Of a DNA stretch of 64,000 nt, positions 47,614-57,491 are shown one piece after another (position 1 is the stretch's first letter; each line of letters starts with the position of its first letter). The notes under the pieces are model-generated. The model made no database searches, was not told the DNA's origin, and was given only the letters and a program-made list of their open reading frames with translations. Origin of the DNA: a bacterium (GTDB lineage Bacteria; Patescibacteriota; Minisyncoccia; Phycocordibacterales; Phycocordibacteraceae); contig JAJZPB010000001.1 in NCBI GenBank assembly GCA_021811365.1, forward strand, positions 32,312 through 96,311, in the 5' to 3' direction. Made by a program: the position numbers and the translations under genes.

Positions 47614-47689
47614 TGGCGGTTACACAGAAAGTCCTCCTTATCAGTTAACGGCTACCTCTGAAGACTAGGTGCTATAGTTAAAGCGCATT

Positions 47690-48529
47690 TTGACCATGTG
47701 GACAGAACGTCGTAACCATAAATATATAGCGAGCGCTGTCTTATTTGTTGTCGCGGTAATGGTTGCCTGGGTGGCTACAGTCGTTCCGTCAACAAGCATA
47801 TATCGCACGCTGGTACGGACGGTGTGGAGTCATGGCTATCCTGGAATAGCTTACGAACTTAATCAGACCGACCCGACGCTCGCCATGGCCGTCGGTAACT
47901 ACTATTTCGGCGGCGGGCAGTACAATCTTACAAGGGCGATAGACTCTTTTCAGCTTGCTGTTCGGTTGGATCCAACCATACTTTGGGGACACTACCAGCT
48001 TGCGCGCATCTATTTCGTGCAGTCACACTTTGATCGGGCGCTGAGCGAGATTAACGCGGAACTTGTAGCGAATCCCGCAAACCTCCGCTCCCTGTACGTT
48101 AGGGGGCTTATCTACATGTATCGTGGACGCACGGGTGACTTGAGTCTTGCCGCAACTGATTTCGAGCATTTTATTCCTTGGGCGCCTACTGAGTGGGCTG
48201 GCTACAATGACTTAGCATTCGTCCTTGCGGAGGAAGGGGAGTATGCGGCATCGGAAAACATATTGCAGGAAGCTTTTATCCACGTTCCAAATGCTAATAA
48301 GAATCCATGGATTTGGAACGGTATTGGTCTCGACCAGTTAAATGAGCATCACTATGCTGCCGCAAAGAGCTCTTTCAAACAGGCGGCGATGTTCGCAAAG
48401 ACGCTTACGCTCACCGACTGGCAAAACGCCTACTCCGCTGACAATCCCGCCGCTGACGCCTCCAGCATCGCGACGTTCCAGAAAGCGATTGCGGAAAATT
48501 TGCAGATAGCAACCGCAAAAATGAATTGA
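47690..48529 (+). CDS. N-anchored TPR-repeat protein
   Basis: A TM helix, then degenerate 34-aa TPR-like repeats (LAVRLDPTILWGHYQLARIYFVQSHFDRALSEINAEL...). Confidence 0.55.
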   Translation: MTMWTERRNHKYIASAVLFVVAVMVAWVATVVPSTSIYRTLVRTVWSHGYPGIAYELNQTDPTLAMAVGNYYFGGGQYNLTRAIDSFQLAVRLDPTILWGHYQLARIYFVQSHFDRALSEINAELVANPANLRSLYVRGLIYMYRGRTGDLSLAATDFEHFIPWAPTEWAGYNDLAFVLAEEGEYAASENILQEAFIHVPNANKNPWIWNGIGLDQLNEHHYAAAKSSFKQAAMFAKTLTLTDWQNAYSADNPAADASSIATFQKAIAENLQIATAKMN

Positions 48530-48643
48530 TTTTTGCATAGTGGCGAGCGGGATGGCCCCCCCACAGTCGTCCTAAAAGTTCTCCACACAGGTGACTAGTA
48601 CAAAAGAACACCATCAATCCTTTACAGTATACTGAGCACACGT

Positions 48644-50704
48644 ATGACTCGCGCACACCGTAAGCTGCTTCGCAAAGCTGCGCATTCTCTGAGGAAGAAA
48701 AAACGAGCTATCCATACAGCTTCTCGCATTGTTGCTGGCAGGTTTAAAAAATCTAGTCAACTGCTTGTTGCGGGAGGAGTGCTTGCGATTTTCTTTGGAG
48801 TGGCCATAGTGAGCTACTCCGGAACGTCTTCACTCGGTAAGGTAGCTGTTCCCGCACCAGCAGCGCTTACTCCCAGCTCCGTTGGGTTGGGAAAGGGGGT
48901 CCCCGCATGTGCTAGCGCTCAAGGTCCAACATGCACATCAAATGGGACTGCGTCCGTGACGATTAATTGGAATTTTCTCAGCGATTCAGGTCAATGCCAG
49001 TTTGTAATAATGGCTCCTGACGCTGGCATTCCTTCACCGTATCTTGATGTACCTTATTCAAGTGGGGCTTGTTATGCGGGGTGGGGCGGGTGTGTTTACC
49101 AGGAGCTTCCATGTGTCGGGAGCCACACGTTTACTGGCTTGCAACGAAACACGAGCTATGCGTACTGGTTCCACATTCATCATGCGTGGAATTGGAATAC
49201 TGACCCCAGTACGGACCCTTCAAATACCTACGGAGAAAAGAATTCTCTTACGGTGCCCAATTGTACTGCTTCTAACTACGGTCAGTCCTGCACCTCAACA
49301 GCAAACTCTTGCGGTCAAACAAACTCGGGTACATATGACGTCAATGGCAACTGCACCGCAAGCACACCACCGAATCCTGGGAATTTAGGTCAGTCCTGCG
49401 CCTCCTCAGCTAACGCGTGTGGCCAGACGAGCGGAGGCACCTACCAATGCAACGGATCTTGTTCTGCAAGCGCACCACCTAACTCAAGTTGTCCTCAACC
49501 TGCAGATGTCAGCAGTATTTCAGCTTCCTGCAATTCGACAGGTAATCTAGTGGTTTTTTCTTGGCCCGCAGTTTCCGGAGCGAATATATACCAGATCCAG
49601 TACTATTCAGCGAATGGTTCCTGCTCATCTGGATGGGCACTCTATACAGACGGAACAACCTGCTACAAAGATATTGCAGGTACTTCTGCAGCGGCTTCTG
49701 TTACGCCGGGGCAAAGTTCATATGCCTGGGTGAATGCCGGTAACACGAACACTGGCCAGTGGGCGAACTGGAGTACTCAGCCGAAGACAAGCTTCACCTG
49801 CCAATCCCCAACCCCCACTGTCACCTGGTTAGGGAGCCAGGGCTGCGTGCTTCCCAACAATAATTCCGGTTGCAACCTTACGGCTCACTGGACTGCCTCG
49901 AATCTGCCACCGGGCAACGGGCTGGTAGATTTACAGATAACGGGAGTTCCCCCGGTTTCTTACAATAAAACCTTCACAGGCTTACCGCCGACCGACCCTC
50001 AGTACCTTGTGACGCAAGCAGGTAAATACATCTTTACCCTGTTTACGGACAATAATGGGACTCCGGGGACGCAAATCGGGACAACGGCGTCGATGGCAGT
50101 GTGTCCGTTTGGTTATACGCTCGATACAACGAATGAAGTTTGTGTCCCGCCTCCTCTGCCAACCGTCGCGTTCTATCCGAGTCCAAGCACAATCGACAGC
50201 GGACAGTCAACGACTCTTTACTGGAGCTCAACGAACGCCTCGTCTTGCTCTGAAGAGCCGGGCACGAGCGGTTTCAGTACGGGCGCGGGTTCTCCTGTCA
50301 AAGGCAGTACATCCACCGGCACACTCACCACCACTACGAACTATGGCATTACTTGCACGGGTCCCGGTGGCTCAACAATTGGCCACGCTACCGTCACCGT
50401 GCTGCAGCCCACCGTTAGCATCTCTGCCGCTCCGACGCGCGTAGTATCCGGCGGCTCAACGGTTGTCTCCTGGGACGCCACCAACGTCGACACCTGCTCG
50501 ATCAGCAGAAACGGTCAGCCCTGGCCTACCGGTGGAAGTACGTTTACGGCAAACAGTAGTCGTCAGGTGACTGGAAACAAGACAGATACTATTACCTCCG
50601 ACACAACCTACATGATTACCTGCACGAATAATGCGCATACAGCAACTTCCGCCGTCTCCGCGACTCAGGTTGTAAGCGTTGTGCCGGGCTACGCTAACTT
50701 CTAG
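48644..50704 (+). CDS. Giant N-anchored Cys-rich extracellular protein (686 aa) with beta-rich repeat modules
   Basis: A highly basic N-tail, one TM helix, then >25 Cys in repeated Cxx(Q/N)(T)xxGTY/CT(S/A)S(T/A)PPN modules and Ig/FN3-like Ser/Thr-rich segments. Confidence 0.6.
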   Translation: MTRAHRKLLRKAAHSLRKKKRAIHTASRIVAGRFKKSSQLLVAGGVLAIFFGVAIVSYSGTSSLGKVAVPAPAALTPSSVGLGKGVPACASAQGPTCTSNGTASVTINWNFLSDSGQCQFVIMAPDAGIPSPYLDVPYSSGACYAGWGGCVYQELPCVGSHTFTGLQRNTSYAYWFHIHHAWNWNTDPSTDPSNTYGEKNSLTVPNCTASNYGQSCTSTANSCGQTNSGTYDVNGNCTASTPPNPGNLGQSCASSANACGQTSGGTYQCNGSCSASAPPNSSCPQPADVSSISASCNSTGNLVVFSWPAVSGANIYQIQYYSANGSCSSGWALYTDGTTCYKDIAGTSAAASVTPGQSSYAWVNAGNTNTGQWANWSTQPKTSFTCQSPTPTVTWLGSQGCVLPNNNSGCNLTAHWTASNLPPGNGLVDLQITGVPPVSYNKTFTGLPPTDPQYLVTQAGKYIFTLFTDNNGTPGTQIGTTASMAVCPFGYTLDTTNEVCVPPPLPTVAFYPSPSTIDSGQSTTLYWSSTNASSCSEEPGTSGFSTGAGSPVKGSTSTGTLTTTTNYGITCTGPGGSTIGHATVTVLQPTVSISAAPTRVVSGGSTVVSWDATNVDTCSISRNGQPWPTGGSTFTANSSRQVTGNKTDTITSDTTYMITCTNNAHTATSAVSATQVVSVVPGYANF

Positions 50705-50780
50705 AATCAAAATAGTGCATTTTAATTGCCGGGGAAGTGTATAGCGATTCTGCGGCTGGTTTGCTATAACTACAAACGAA

Positions 50781-50852
50781 GGCCCTATCGTCTAACGGCT
50801 AGGACAGCGCCCTCTCACGGCGCAAATCGGGGTTCGATCCCCCGTGGGGTCA
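50781..50852 (+). tRNA. tRNA-Glu (anticodon CTC)
   Basis: The cloverleaf parallels E. coli tRNA-Glu: acceptor ggcccta/tggggtc, D-arm gtc-taacggcta-ggac, anticodon stem gcgcc/ggcgc with loop ctCTCac, and T-arm cgggg-ttcgatc-ccccg. No encoded CCA. Confidence 0.75.
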
Positions 50853-50932
50853 CAGGTAGAGGTTTGTCATCAGTAAATTTGCCGTATAGCATTATAAGAA
50901 AGGGCTCCGCACGTTGCGGAGCCCGTGCGCTA

Positions 50933-51625
50933 CTACTTAAAGTAGCGCTCAATGGTAAAGGTAAGTCCGCCCGCTATCCGTCGGAGTTGGTAGCCAGACT
51001 CGTCGCCGTCACCGAGCGCAATCACAGGCGCCGCTGCTGGTACGGGAGCTCGTATCCAAAGCTGGTGTCTCCGACACAGTGCCTCGAGTTCGTCTGCGAA
51101 CGATGCTATACGGATAGCGATGCTATCCTTCCAAGGCAGCTCCGGCCAAATGGCCTCGGCCAGTCGGCGGGCAAGACGTACCGAGTGCGCTCGCACGTAG
51201 TCCGGTTCGCCTTCGCGTACCAGGTCGGCAACGGTGACCTCGCGTATGTCATACGGCGGCACTAGGCCGAACGGTGACCCGAGTTCCTCCTCCGTAATAC
51301 GGCCCCGCGCATCGTGAAAGAATCCCTCAGGGTCCTGAACCACCGCATGACGGATTTCGGTTCCGATCATAAGACCGAGAATCGGCCACCCGAGTCCTTC
51401 GTGGAGGGCGGTAGCGAAGGCGTAGCACTCGCCGTTGAGATAAGTGGGCATGCAGTGACCACGAAGGATCTCTGCGCTTTCCTGGTCTTCGTCGTGTCGA
51501 AAAACGATTGTGGGCATGAGCTTCTCCTCTGGCAGACTTGCTCGTTTGGGTCTGTCGGAGACTCTAACACAAAAGGAGAGATACCTGTGTATCGTTGCGT
51601 AAAAAAGATCGTCAAAGCGCTTCAC
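50933..51625 (-). CDS. Hypothetical protein (start uncertain)
   Basis: 230-aa track ORF. A plausible shorter start is at MPTIVFRHDED. No motifs. Confidence 0.35.
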   Translation of the reverse strand: MKRFDDLFYATIHRYLSFCVRVSDRPKRASLPEEKLMPTIVFRHDEDQESAEILRGHCMPTYLNGECYAFATALHEGLGWPILGLMIGTEIRHAVVQDPEGFFHDARGRITEEELGSPFGLVPPYDIREVTVADLVREGEPDYVRAHSVRLARRLAEAIWPELPWKDSIAIRIASFADELEALCRRHQLWIRAPVPAAAPVIALGDGDESGYQLRRIAGGLTFTIERYFK

Positions 51626-51763
51626 TCATGCTGCGGCTTAACCGACGCATTTTGGTTGTTCTTGCCCACTCTAAGTTGGCAAAAGCGGTGGTTACCGATG
51701 GTTCCCGCTATCAGGTACGCCTGCCCGATTCGAGAAGGGTATTCCGGTATAGGGGGTCACTAG

Positions 51764-52219
51764 CTACGCGAGCAAGGAGTCGACTACCGCTTTTACATCG
51801 GCGCCGTCTGCTTTGCCCGACACGTCTTTCATAAGTGCCCCGATAAGTTTTCCGGCGTCAGCTTTTTGCGTGACGCCGAGTTCGGCGATTTTCGTTTCCG
51901 CTATACGGGTGATCTCCTCGCGAGTCATTTGTGCAGGCAGATACGAACCGACGATAGACAACTCCTCCTTCTCCGGATCGGCGAGGTCGGTGCGACCTGC
52001 CTTTTCGAATTGTTCTATGGAGTCCCTGCGCTGATTTGCTGCGCGTTTGAGAATGGCAATGGCCTCGTCGTCCGTCAGCAGCTGGTCGGGCTTGCGTTTT
52101 TTTGCGACCAGCTCGTTAGTCATTGCGGTTACCAACGAGCGCAGCGTGCGTAAGCGCACCTCGTCGTGAGCGCGCAGCGCCTCAGGAATGCCTTTCTTAA
52201 GCGTTTCGTGGATGGTCAT
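51764..52219 (-). CDS. GatB/YqeY domain-containing protein
   Basis: 151 aa. ...LRTLRSLVTAMTNELVAKKRKPDQLLTDDEAIAILKRAANQRRDSIEQFEKAGRTDLADPEKEEL matches the YqeY family pattern. Confidence 0.7.
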   Translation of the reverse strand: MTIHETLKKGIPEALRAHDEVRLRTLRSLVTAMTNELVAKKRKPDQLLTDDEAIAILKRAANQRRDSIEQFEKAGRTDLADPEKEELSIVGSYLPAQMTREEITRIAETKIAELGVTQKADAGKLIGALMKDVSGKADGADVKAVVDSLLA

Positions 52220-52240
52220 GTGGGAAGTATACTATACGGT

Positions 52241-53305
52241 ATGGACCCGCTTTCACTGCTGCTCACGATAGCCGCGCTTATCGTTGCGCAAGTGGTTGGA
52301 CTCGCTGTTATTTTTGGCTGGCTTAAACGACAAAAAAACGCTCCATCGCCGGAGGAAACTGGCGGCATGGTACTGCTGCAGCAGCAGATGCAGGAGCTTG
52401 GGCGTACGCTCGATACGCGCGTAGCCGAGTCCTCTCGAGCGATGCAGGAGAGTTCGCATCGACAGTTTTCAGAGTCAGCGCGTCTTATTAAGGAAATTAC
52501 CGAAGAGGTCACGAGCGTCAAGGAGATTGGTCGGCAAACCCAGAACTTCGCCGAGCAGCTCAAGGGCCTTCAGGATATTCTGAAGAACCCTAAGCAGCGC
52601 GGTATTCTCGGGGAATACTATTTGGAGACGGTCCTGAAGAACGTATTGCCGCCGGGCGGCTACCGGATGCAGTACGCATTCGAGAACGGGGAAATAGTCG
52701 ATGCGGCGGTGTTTCTTGACGAAAAAATTGTTCCGGTGGACTCGAAGTTTTCTCTCGATAACTACAACCGGTTGGTAAACGCATCGGAGGCGGAACGGCC
52801 TGCGTTTGAGAAAGCGTTCGTGAACGACCTCAAGCTTCGTATTCAGGAAACCGCGAAGTATATACGGCCAGAAGAAAGGACTATGGATTTCGCCTTTATG
52901 TTTATCCCGAGCGAGGCAATTTACTACGATCTGCTGACCAACCAAGTCGGGGGAGGGGAGGAAGAAAATTTGATACAGCGCGCGGCGGGAAAGTATAAGG
53001 TGATTATTGTCTCCCCGACGTCATTTCTTGCGTACCTTCAAACGGTCATGCAGGGTCTCAAAGCGATGGAAATTGAGAAGCGCGCTGAGGAAATCCAGAA
53101 GCGGGTAGGGGAGCTCGGTAAGCACTTGGGCACGTACGAATCGTACTATAAGAAGCTTGGTCTCTCGCTCGGTACGACAGTCTCGCACTACAACAGCGCC
53201 TACAAGGAGCTTGGCAAAATCGATAAGGATGTCTACCGGATCGTCGGCGAAAAGATCGGGATTGAAACGGACCTTCTTGAAAAGCCTGTGCTTAGCGAAG
53301 ATTAG
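52241..53305 (+). CDS. rmuC: DNA recombination protein RmuC
   Basis: Start at the ATG at 52241 (N-terminal TM). A coiled-coil is followed by the RmuC C-terminal nuclease-like domain (FMFIPSEAIYYDLL, VIIVSPTSFLAYL). Confidence 0.8.
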   Translation: MDPLSLLLTIAALIVAQVVGLAVIFGWLKRQKNAPSPEETGGMVLLQQQMQELGRTLDTRVAESSRAMQESSHRQFSESARLIKEITEEVTSVKEIGRQTQNFAEQLKGLQDILKNPKQRGILGEYYLETVLKNVLPPGGYRMQYAFENGEIVDAAVFLDEKIVPVDSKFSLDNYNRLVNASEAERPAFEKAFVNDLKLRIQETAKYIRPEERTMDFAFMFIPSEAIYYDLLTNQVGGGEEENLIQRAAGKYKVIIVSPTSFLAYLQTVMQGLKAMEIEKRAEEIQKRVGELGKHLGTYESYYKKLGLSLGTTVSHYNSAYKELGKIDKDVYRIVGEKIGIETDLLEKPVLSED

Positions 53306-53372
53306 TGTATCAGGCGCCCGATAACTGCTTCGGCCTTGTCCTTTTTGAGCCGCATGCTATACTCGAGCCACT

Positions 53373-53690
53373 ATGGAAGTGGCCGTAATTAAGACCGGCG
53401 GGAAGCAGTATGTCGTCTCCAAGGGCGACACAATCTCTATTGAGAAGCTTCCGGGCGATCTCAAGAAGGGTGACGCTGTCGTTTTCGGCGAGGTACTCCT
53501 CGTTGATAACGGTAAGGACACGACCATCGGCGCGCCTACGATCAAAGGCGTGGAGGTCAAGGGCACAGTCGCGGCAGTTGGTCGCGCAAAAAAGGTTGAT
53601 GTCGTTCGCTACAAGGCGAAAAGCCGTTATTTCAAACGCATCGGCCACAAACAGCCCCTCCTCAAAGTAACGATTGACTCAATCGCTTAA
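53373..53690 (+). CDS. rplU: 50S ribosomal protein L21
   Basis: MEVAVIKTGGKQYVVSKGDTISIEKL...RYKAKSRYFKRIGHKQPLLKV. Confidence 0.9.
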   Translation: MEVAVIKTGGKQYVVSKGDTISIEKLPGDLKKGDAVVFGEVLLVDNGKDTTIGAPTIKGVEVKGTVAAVGRAKKVDVVRYKAKSRYFKRIGHKQPLLKVTIDSIA

Positions 53691-53752
53691 TTCGCGGCGC
53701 GCTGATCTTGCGCTGCAACGGCCGCTTTGGCGTCCGCTAACTACGATACGTA

Positions 53753-55108
53753 ATGCAAATAGGACGATGGAATCACCAGGAAACTGGTGGCAGTGATTAC
53801 CGACCGGCAACGGGCGGTACAGAGACGTTTCCGAGCCGAAGACCTCAGGTGGGCGGTTCCTTTGACAGTGGCCGTCCCCGCAGGGGTGGGCGCGGTGGTT
53901 TTGACCGCAGAAGCCCCTCACGCCCTGGCTACTCTGGCGCACAGGGACGCCCACGCCGCAAGACCGGCGTTGGAGCTTTTGGCGAAACAGAGACGGAAAT
54001 CTCAAAGTTTGTTAATAGGGCAGTCGTGACTACCGAAGAGGAACCGGCGTTCATGCCGGAACATGCGTTTGCTGATTTTCCGGTTGACCCCCGCCTTAAG
54101 AAAAATATAGAAACAAAAGGGTACGCGCTCCCGAGTCCGATTCAAGACAAGGCGATTCCCCACGTGCTTACGGGTCGCGATGTCGTCGGCCTCGCGGAAA
54201 CTGGCACGGGCAAAACCGCGGCGTTTCTCATCCCGCTTATCGACAAGGTGGTTAAACACATGGCGCTCGGGGAGCGTGAACGCGTGCTCATAATGGCTCC
54301 GACGCGCGAGCTTGCGGTGCAAATCGAGCGCGAGCTTGCCGGTTTTGCTCAGGGTCTCGGCTTCCGCGGAATGGTTGCGGTCGGCGGCGCAAATATTAAT
54401 CCGCAAATCGTGGCGCTTCGCAACGATCCATCGTTTGTAATCGGCACGCCGGGCCGACTCAAAGACCTCATGGAACGCAAGGTGCTCAGTCTTGCGGGAT
54501 TTCATTCTGTGGTGCTCGACGAAGCAGACCGTATGCTTGATATGGGCTTCATTGACGACATGCGCTTTATTCTGAGCAAGATGCCGAAGGAGCGCCACAC
54601 GCTTTTCTTTTCGGCAACCATGAGCCGCGAGATCGAAAAGCTTATTGGCGAATTCCTTATCGACCCGACGATAATCTCGGTAAAGACGCGCGACACGTCA
54701 AAAAACATCGATCAGGATGTGGTGCGCATTCCGCGCGGTGCTGACAAGCTTGATGTGCTCGTCGACCTCTTGCAAGATCGAGACTTCAGCAAAGTACTCG
54801 TTTTCGGCCGCACGAAGTATGGGGTAGAGAAGCTTGCTAAGGCTCTCTCGCGCAAGCATATTTACGCAGAGAGCATTCATGGCGATAAGACCTATCGTGC
54901 GCGCATCAAAGCGCTTGAGGCTTTTAAGCGTGGGGAGGTGACGGTGCTTGTAGCCACCGATGTCGCAGCGCGCGGGCTCGATATACCCGCCGTTTCGCAC
55001 GTCATTAACTATGACCTGCCTTCAACCTACGAAGACTATGTGCATCGCATTGGCCGTACCGGCCGTGCGTCTCTAAAAGGGAAGGCTTTGACCTTCGTAC
55101 AAGGGTAA
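53753..55108 (+). CDS. DEAD-box ATP-dependent RNA helicase with an Arg/Gly-rich N-terminal extension
   Basis: Q-motif region GYALPSPIQ, motif I AETGTGKT, PTRELA, DEAD, SAT, and HRIGRTGR. Confidence 0.9.
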   Translation: MQIGRWNHQETGGSDYRPATGGTETFPSRRPQVGGSFDSGRPRRGGRGGFDRRSPSRPGYSGAQGRPRRKTGVGAFGETETEISKFVNRAVVTTEEEPAFMPEHAFADFPVDPRLKKNIETKGYALPSPIQDKAIPHVLTGRDVVGLAETGTGKTAAFLIPLIDKVVKHMALGERERVLIMAPTRELAVQIERELAGFAQGLGFRGMVAVGGANINPQIVALRNDPSFVIGTPGRLKDLMERKVLSLAGFHSVVLDEADRMLDMGFIDDMRFILSKMPKERHTLFFSATMSREIEKLIGEFLIDPTIISVKTRDTSKNIDQDVVRIPRGADKLDVLVDLLQDRDFSKVLVFGRTKYGVEKLAKALSRKHIYAESIHGDKTYRARIKALEAFKRGEVTVLVATDVAARGLDIPAVSHVINYDLPSTYEDYVHRIGRTGRASLKGKALTFVQG

Positions 55109-55138
55109 GCGCGCTCGTAAGCCCATCTGAAATGAGAC

Positions 55139-55170
55139 CGCGCGACGCCGAAAGGCGTCGCGCGTTTTTC
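55139..55170 (+). terminator. Rho-independent (bidirectional) terminator between the helicase and recR
   Basis: cgcgacgcc-gaaa-ggcgtcgcg followed by cgttttt. Confidence 0.7.
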
Positions 55171-55190
55171 GTTAGTTCCCGGCGTACGCG

Positions 55191-55790
55191 CTACTTGCGT
55201 CCAGCTAGCGCGGCACGGACGGTCTCCGCGTCGGAGTACTCAAGCTCGCTGCCGGTCGCGAGCCCGCGGCCAAGTGCCGAAATAACGAGCTGTTCCCGAT
55301 ACGGGGCAAGCAGTTCCCGGACGCGATCAGCGGTGTGCTCGCCCTCGCTCGTTGCCGAGAGTGCGAGTACTACTTCCTGGAGCCCGTTCTCCGCGCGCTT
55401 CTTTACGGCAGCAATGAGCTCGCTTTCGCGAATCGCGCCTTTGCCTGAGAGTGTGAGCACACCGCCGAGGACGAAGTACCGGCCCGTATAGGTGCCAGCG
55501 CGCTCCACGGCGGCCAGGTCCTGGTCCTTTTCTACCAGCATCAAAAGAGAATCGTCGCGGTTCGAGTTCGAACAGTAACTGCACGGGCCAGCGCGCCCGT
55601 TGGTAAAAAAGCGGCGACAGTCAGGGCACTGATGCACGTCGCTCCCAAGCTGTTCAATGAGTTTCGCGAGCCGCTGGCGCTCACTTGCTGGAGCGCTCAG
55701 CAGGTGAAAGACAAACCGCTTGCCTTGTCGCGGCCCTATGCCTGGCAAGCGTGCGAAGGCGCTTGCCAGTTCGTCAATGCGATCAGCCAT
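55191..55790 (-). CDS. recR: Recombination protein RecR
   Basis: Start at MADRIDELASAFARLPGIGPRQGKR (HhH). A C4 zinc finger CPDCRRFF...CSYC, then Toprim. Confidence 0.9.
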   Translation of the reverse strand: MADRIDELASAFARLPGIGPRQGKRFVFHLLSAPASERQRLAKLIEQLGSDVHQCPDCRRFFTNGRAGPCSYCSNSNRDDSLLMLVEKDQDLAAVERAGTYTGRYFVLGGVLTLSGKGAIRESELIAAVKKRAENGLQEVVLALSATSEGEHTADRVRELLAPYREQLVISALGRGLATGSELEYSDAETVRAALAGRK

Positions 55791-56037
55791 ATACGCTTCG
55801 AATGATATTAGCGATAGCGACAAGCGCAATGAGTGCCCAAATAAGGTTTAGCCAGAACGGTTGGTAGTCTTTGCGGTCCCATGTCTCGATCGTAACACCA
55901 GCTGCGCCCGTCAAGTTGAGTCCCTGGTAGAGCAGTGAATCAGGCCGTAGCAGAGAAAAACTGACTAGCGCGTACGCGGCAATGGTCGCCATGACTCCAT
56001 ACCAGCCTAGCCAGTCGATAAGCATCGTTCGAGACAT
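55783..56037 (-). CDS. Small hypothetical membrane protein (84 aa)
   Basis: Two predicted TM helices. Overlaps the recR start by 8 nt. Confidence 0.4.
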   Translation of the reverse strand: MSRTMLIDWLGWYGVMATIAAYALVSFSLLRPDSLLYQGLNLTGAAGVTIETWDRKDYQPFWLNLIWALIALVAIANIIRSVYG

Positions 56038-56040
56038 ACG

Positions 56041-57417
56041 CTAGAATTCCGCAGCAAGCTCGCCGTAGTCGACGGTCGACTCTATAGGCTGGAATGAGGC
56101 GCGCTTGGCATCGAAGTAGAGGTCGATTTTACCCGTCGGCCCGTTGCGGTGCTTTTCAACGAGAATTTCCGCGAGATATCCTGTGCGGCTGCCTGCAGCG
56201 CCATCATCCATCTGGCTTTCGCCGCGGTGAATGAACATAACGACGTCGGCATCCTGCTCGATAGAGCCGGAGTCGCGGAGGTCACTGAGACGCGGTTTTC
56301 CGCCGCGCTGCTCGACTGCGCGCGAGAGTTGCGAAAGCGCTAGTACCGGAACGCTCAACTCGCGGGCGAGCGCTTTAAGAGAACGCGAGATTTCAGTGAC
56401 CTGCTGCACTACAGAATCGGATGCTCTCGTAGTGGTCGGCATCATAAGCTGGAGGTAGTCGACCACGATAAGCCCGATGCCTCGCTCGCGCTTGAGTCGA
56501 CGTGCGACCGCCCGCATAGCGAGGATGTTGTTTGCAGGCTTGTCGTCAATATAAATCGGCGCTTTGGAAAGGCTTTCGAGCGCATCGCGGATGCGGGAGA
56601 AGTCCTCTTCGTCCTTCATTTGCCCAGTGCGCAGCTTCCAAGAATTTACGAATGACTCAGCAGCGAGCATGCGGTCGATAATCTGCTCAGTGCTCATTTC
56701 AAGCGAGAAGATGCCGACGGGAATGTTGTGGCGTACCGCTGCATTACGAGCGATGTCGAGCGCGAGCGAGGTCTTGCCGACCGATGGGCGTGCAGCAAGT
56801 ATTACCAGGTCTGAAGGGTGGAAGCCGGAAAGAAGGGTATCGAGCGCAGGGAAGCCGCTCGGTACCCCGCGGATGCCGTCTTCGCGTTTAGAAAGCGCCT
56901 CGATGCGATCCCACGCTTCGTGAACCTTGTCGCCTATCGCCGTAAACTTGTGCGAGGCTGACTGATCGCCGATGGCGTAAATAGACTTCTCAGCCTCGTC
57001 GAGTACGGCCATCGGTTCACGAGCATCGTCGTAGGCGCTTTCGTTGATGGTGTACGCAGCGTCGATGAGCGAGCGCATGAGGTGCTTGCGCGAGACTAGG
57101 TCAGCGTAGTGGGAGTAGTTTCCGGGTGCGGGCGCCGAGTCGACGAGTTCCGCGAGGTAGCTACGACCGCCTGCACGCTCGAGCAGACCTTGGTCAGTGA
57201 GGCGCTGCGAAAGAGTGAGTAGGTCGATTGGCTCGCCGCGCTCTGCTAGCTCGCGCATGGCAGCGAAAATAAGTCGATGCTTTTCCGCGTAAAACGAGTC
57301 TTGGTGGATGGAGTCCGAAACATCGTGAATCGCGTCCGGCTTAAGCAGAAGAGCACCCAAAAGCGCGCGCTCTGATTCGAGCGACTGCGGGGGTACACGA
57401 TCAGTCGTGCGTGCCAT
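56041..57417 (-). CDS. dnaB: Replicative DNA helicase DnaB
   Basis: Start at MARTTDRVPPQSLESERALLGALLL. Walker A ARPSVGKTS, the RecA-like core, and LIVVDYLQLM. Confidence 0.9.
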   Translation of the reverse strand: MARTTDRVPPQSLESERALLGALLLKPDAIHDVSDSIHQDSFYAEKHRLIFAAMRELAERGEPIDLLTLSQRLTDQGLLERAGGRSYLAELVDSAPAPGNYSHYADLVSRKHLMRSLIDAAYTINESAYDDAREPMAVLDEAEKSIYAIGDQSASHKFTAIGDKVHEAWDRIEALSKREDGIRGVPSGFPALDTLLSGFHPSDLVILAARPSVGKTSLALDIARNAAVRHNIPVGIFSLEMSTEQIIDRMLAAESFVNSWKLRTGQMKDEEDFSRIRDALESLSKAPIYIDDKPANNILAMRAVARRLKRERGIGLIVVDYLQLMMPTTTRASDSVVQQVTEISRSLKALARELSVPVLALSQLSRAVEQRGGKPRLSDLRDSGSIEQDADVVMFIHRGESQMDDGAAGSRTGYLAEILVEKHRNGPTGKIDLYFDAKRASFQPIESTVDYGELAAEF

Positions 57418-57491
57418 TAGGGCAATGGTACCACGGGTGCCGCGAGATCTCTCGAGAGCGATCGGCGCCACCCGTTCTATCGGCTTATTTC

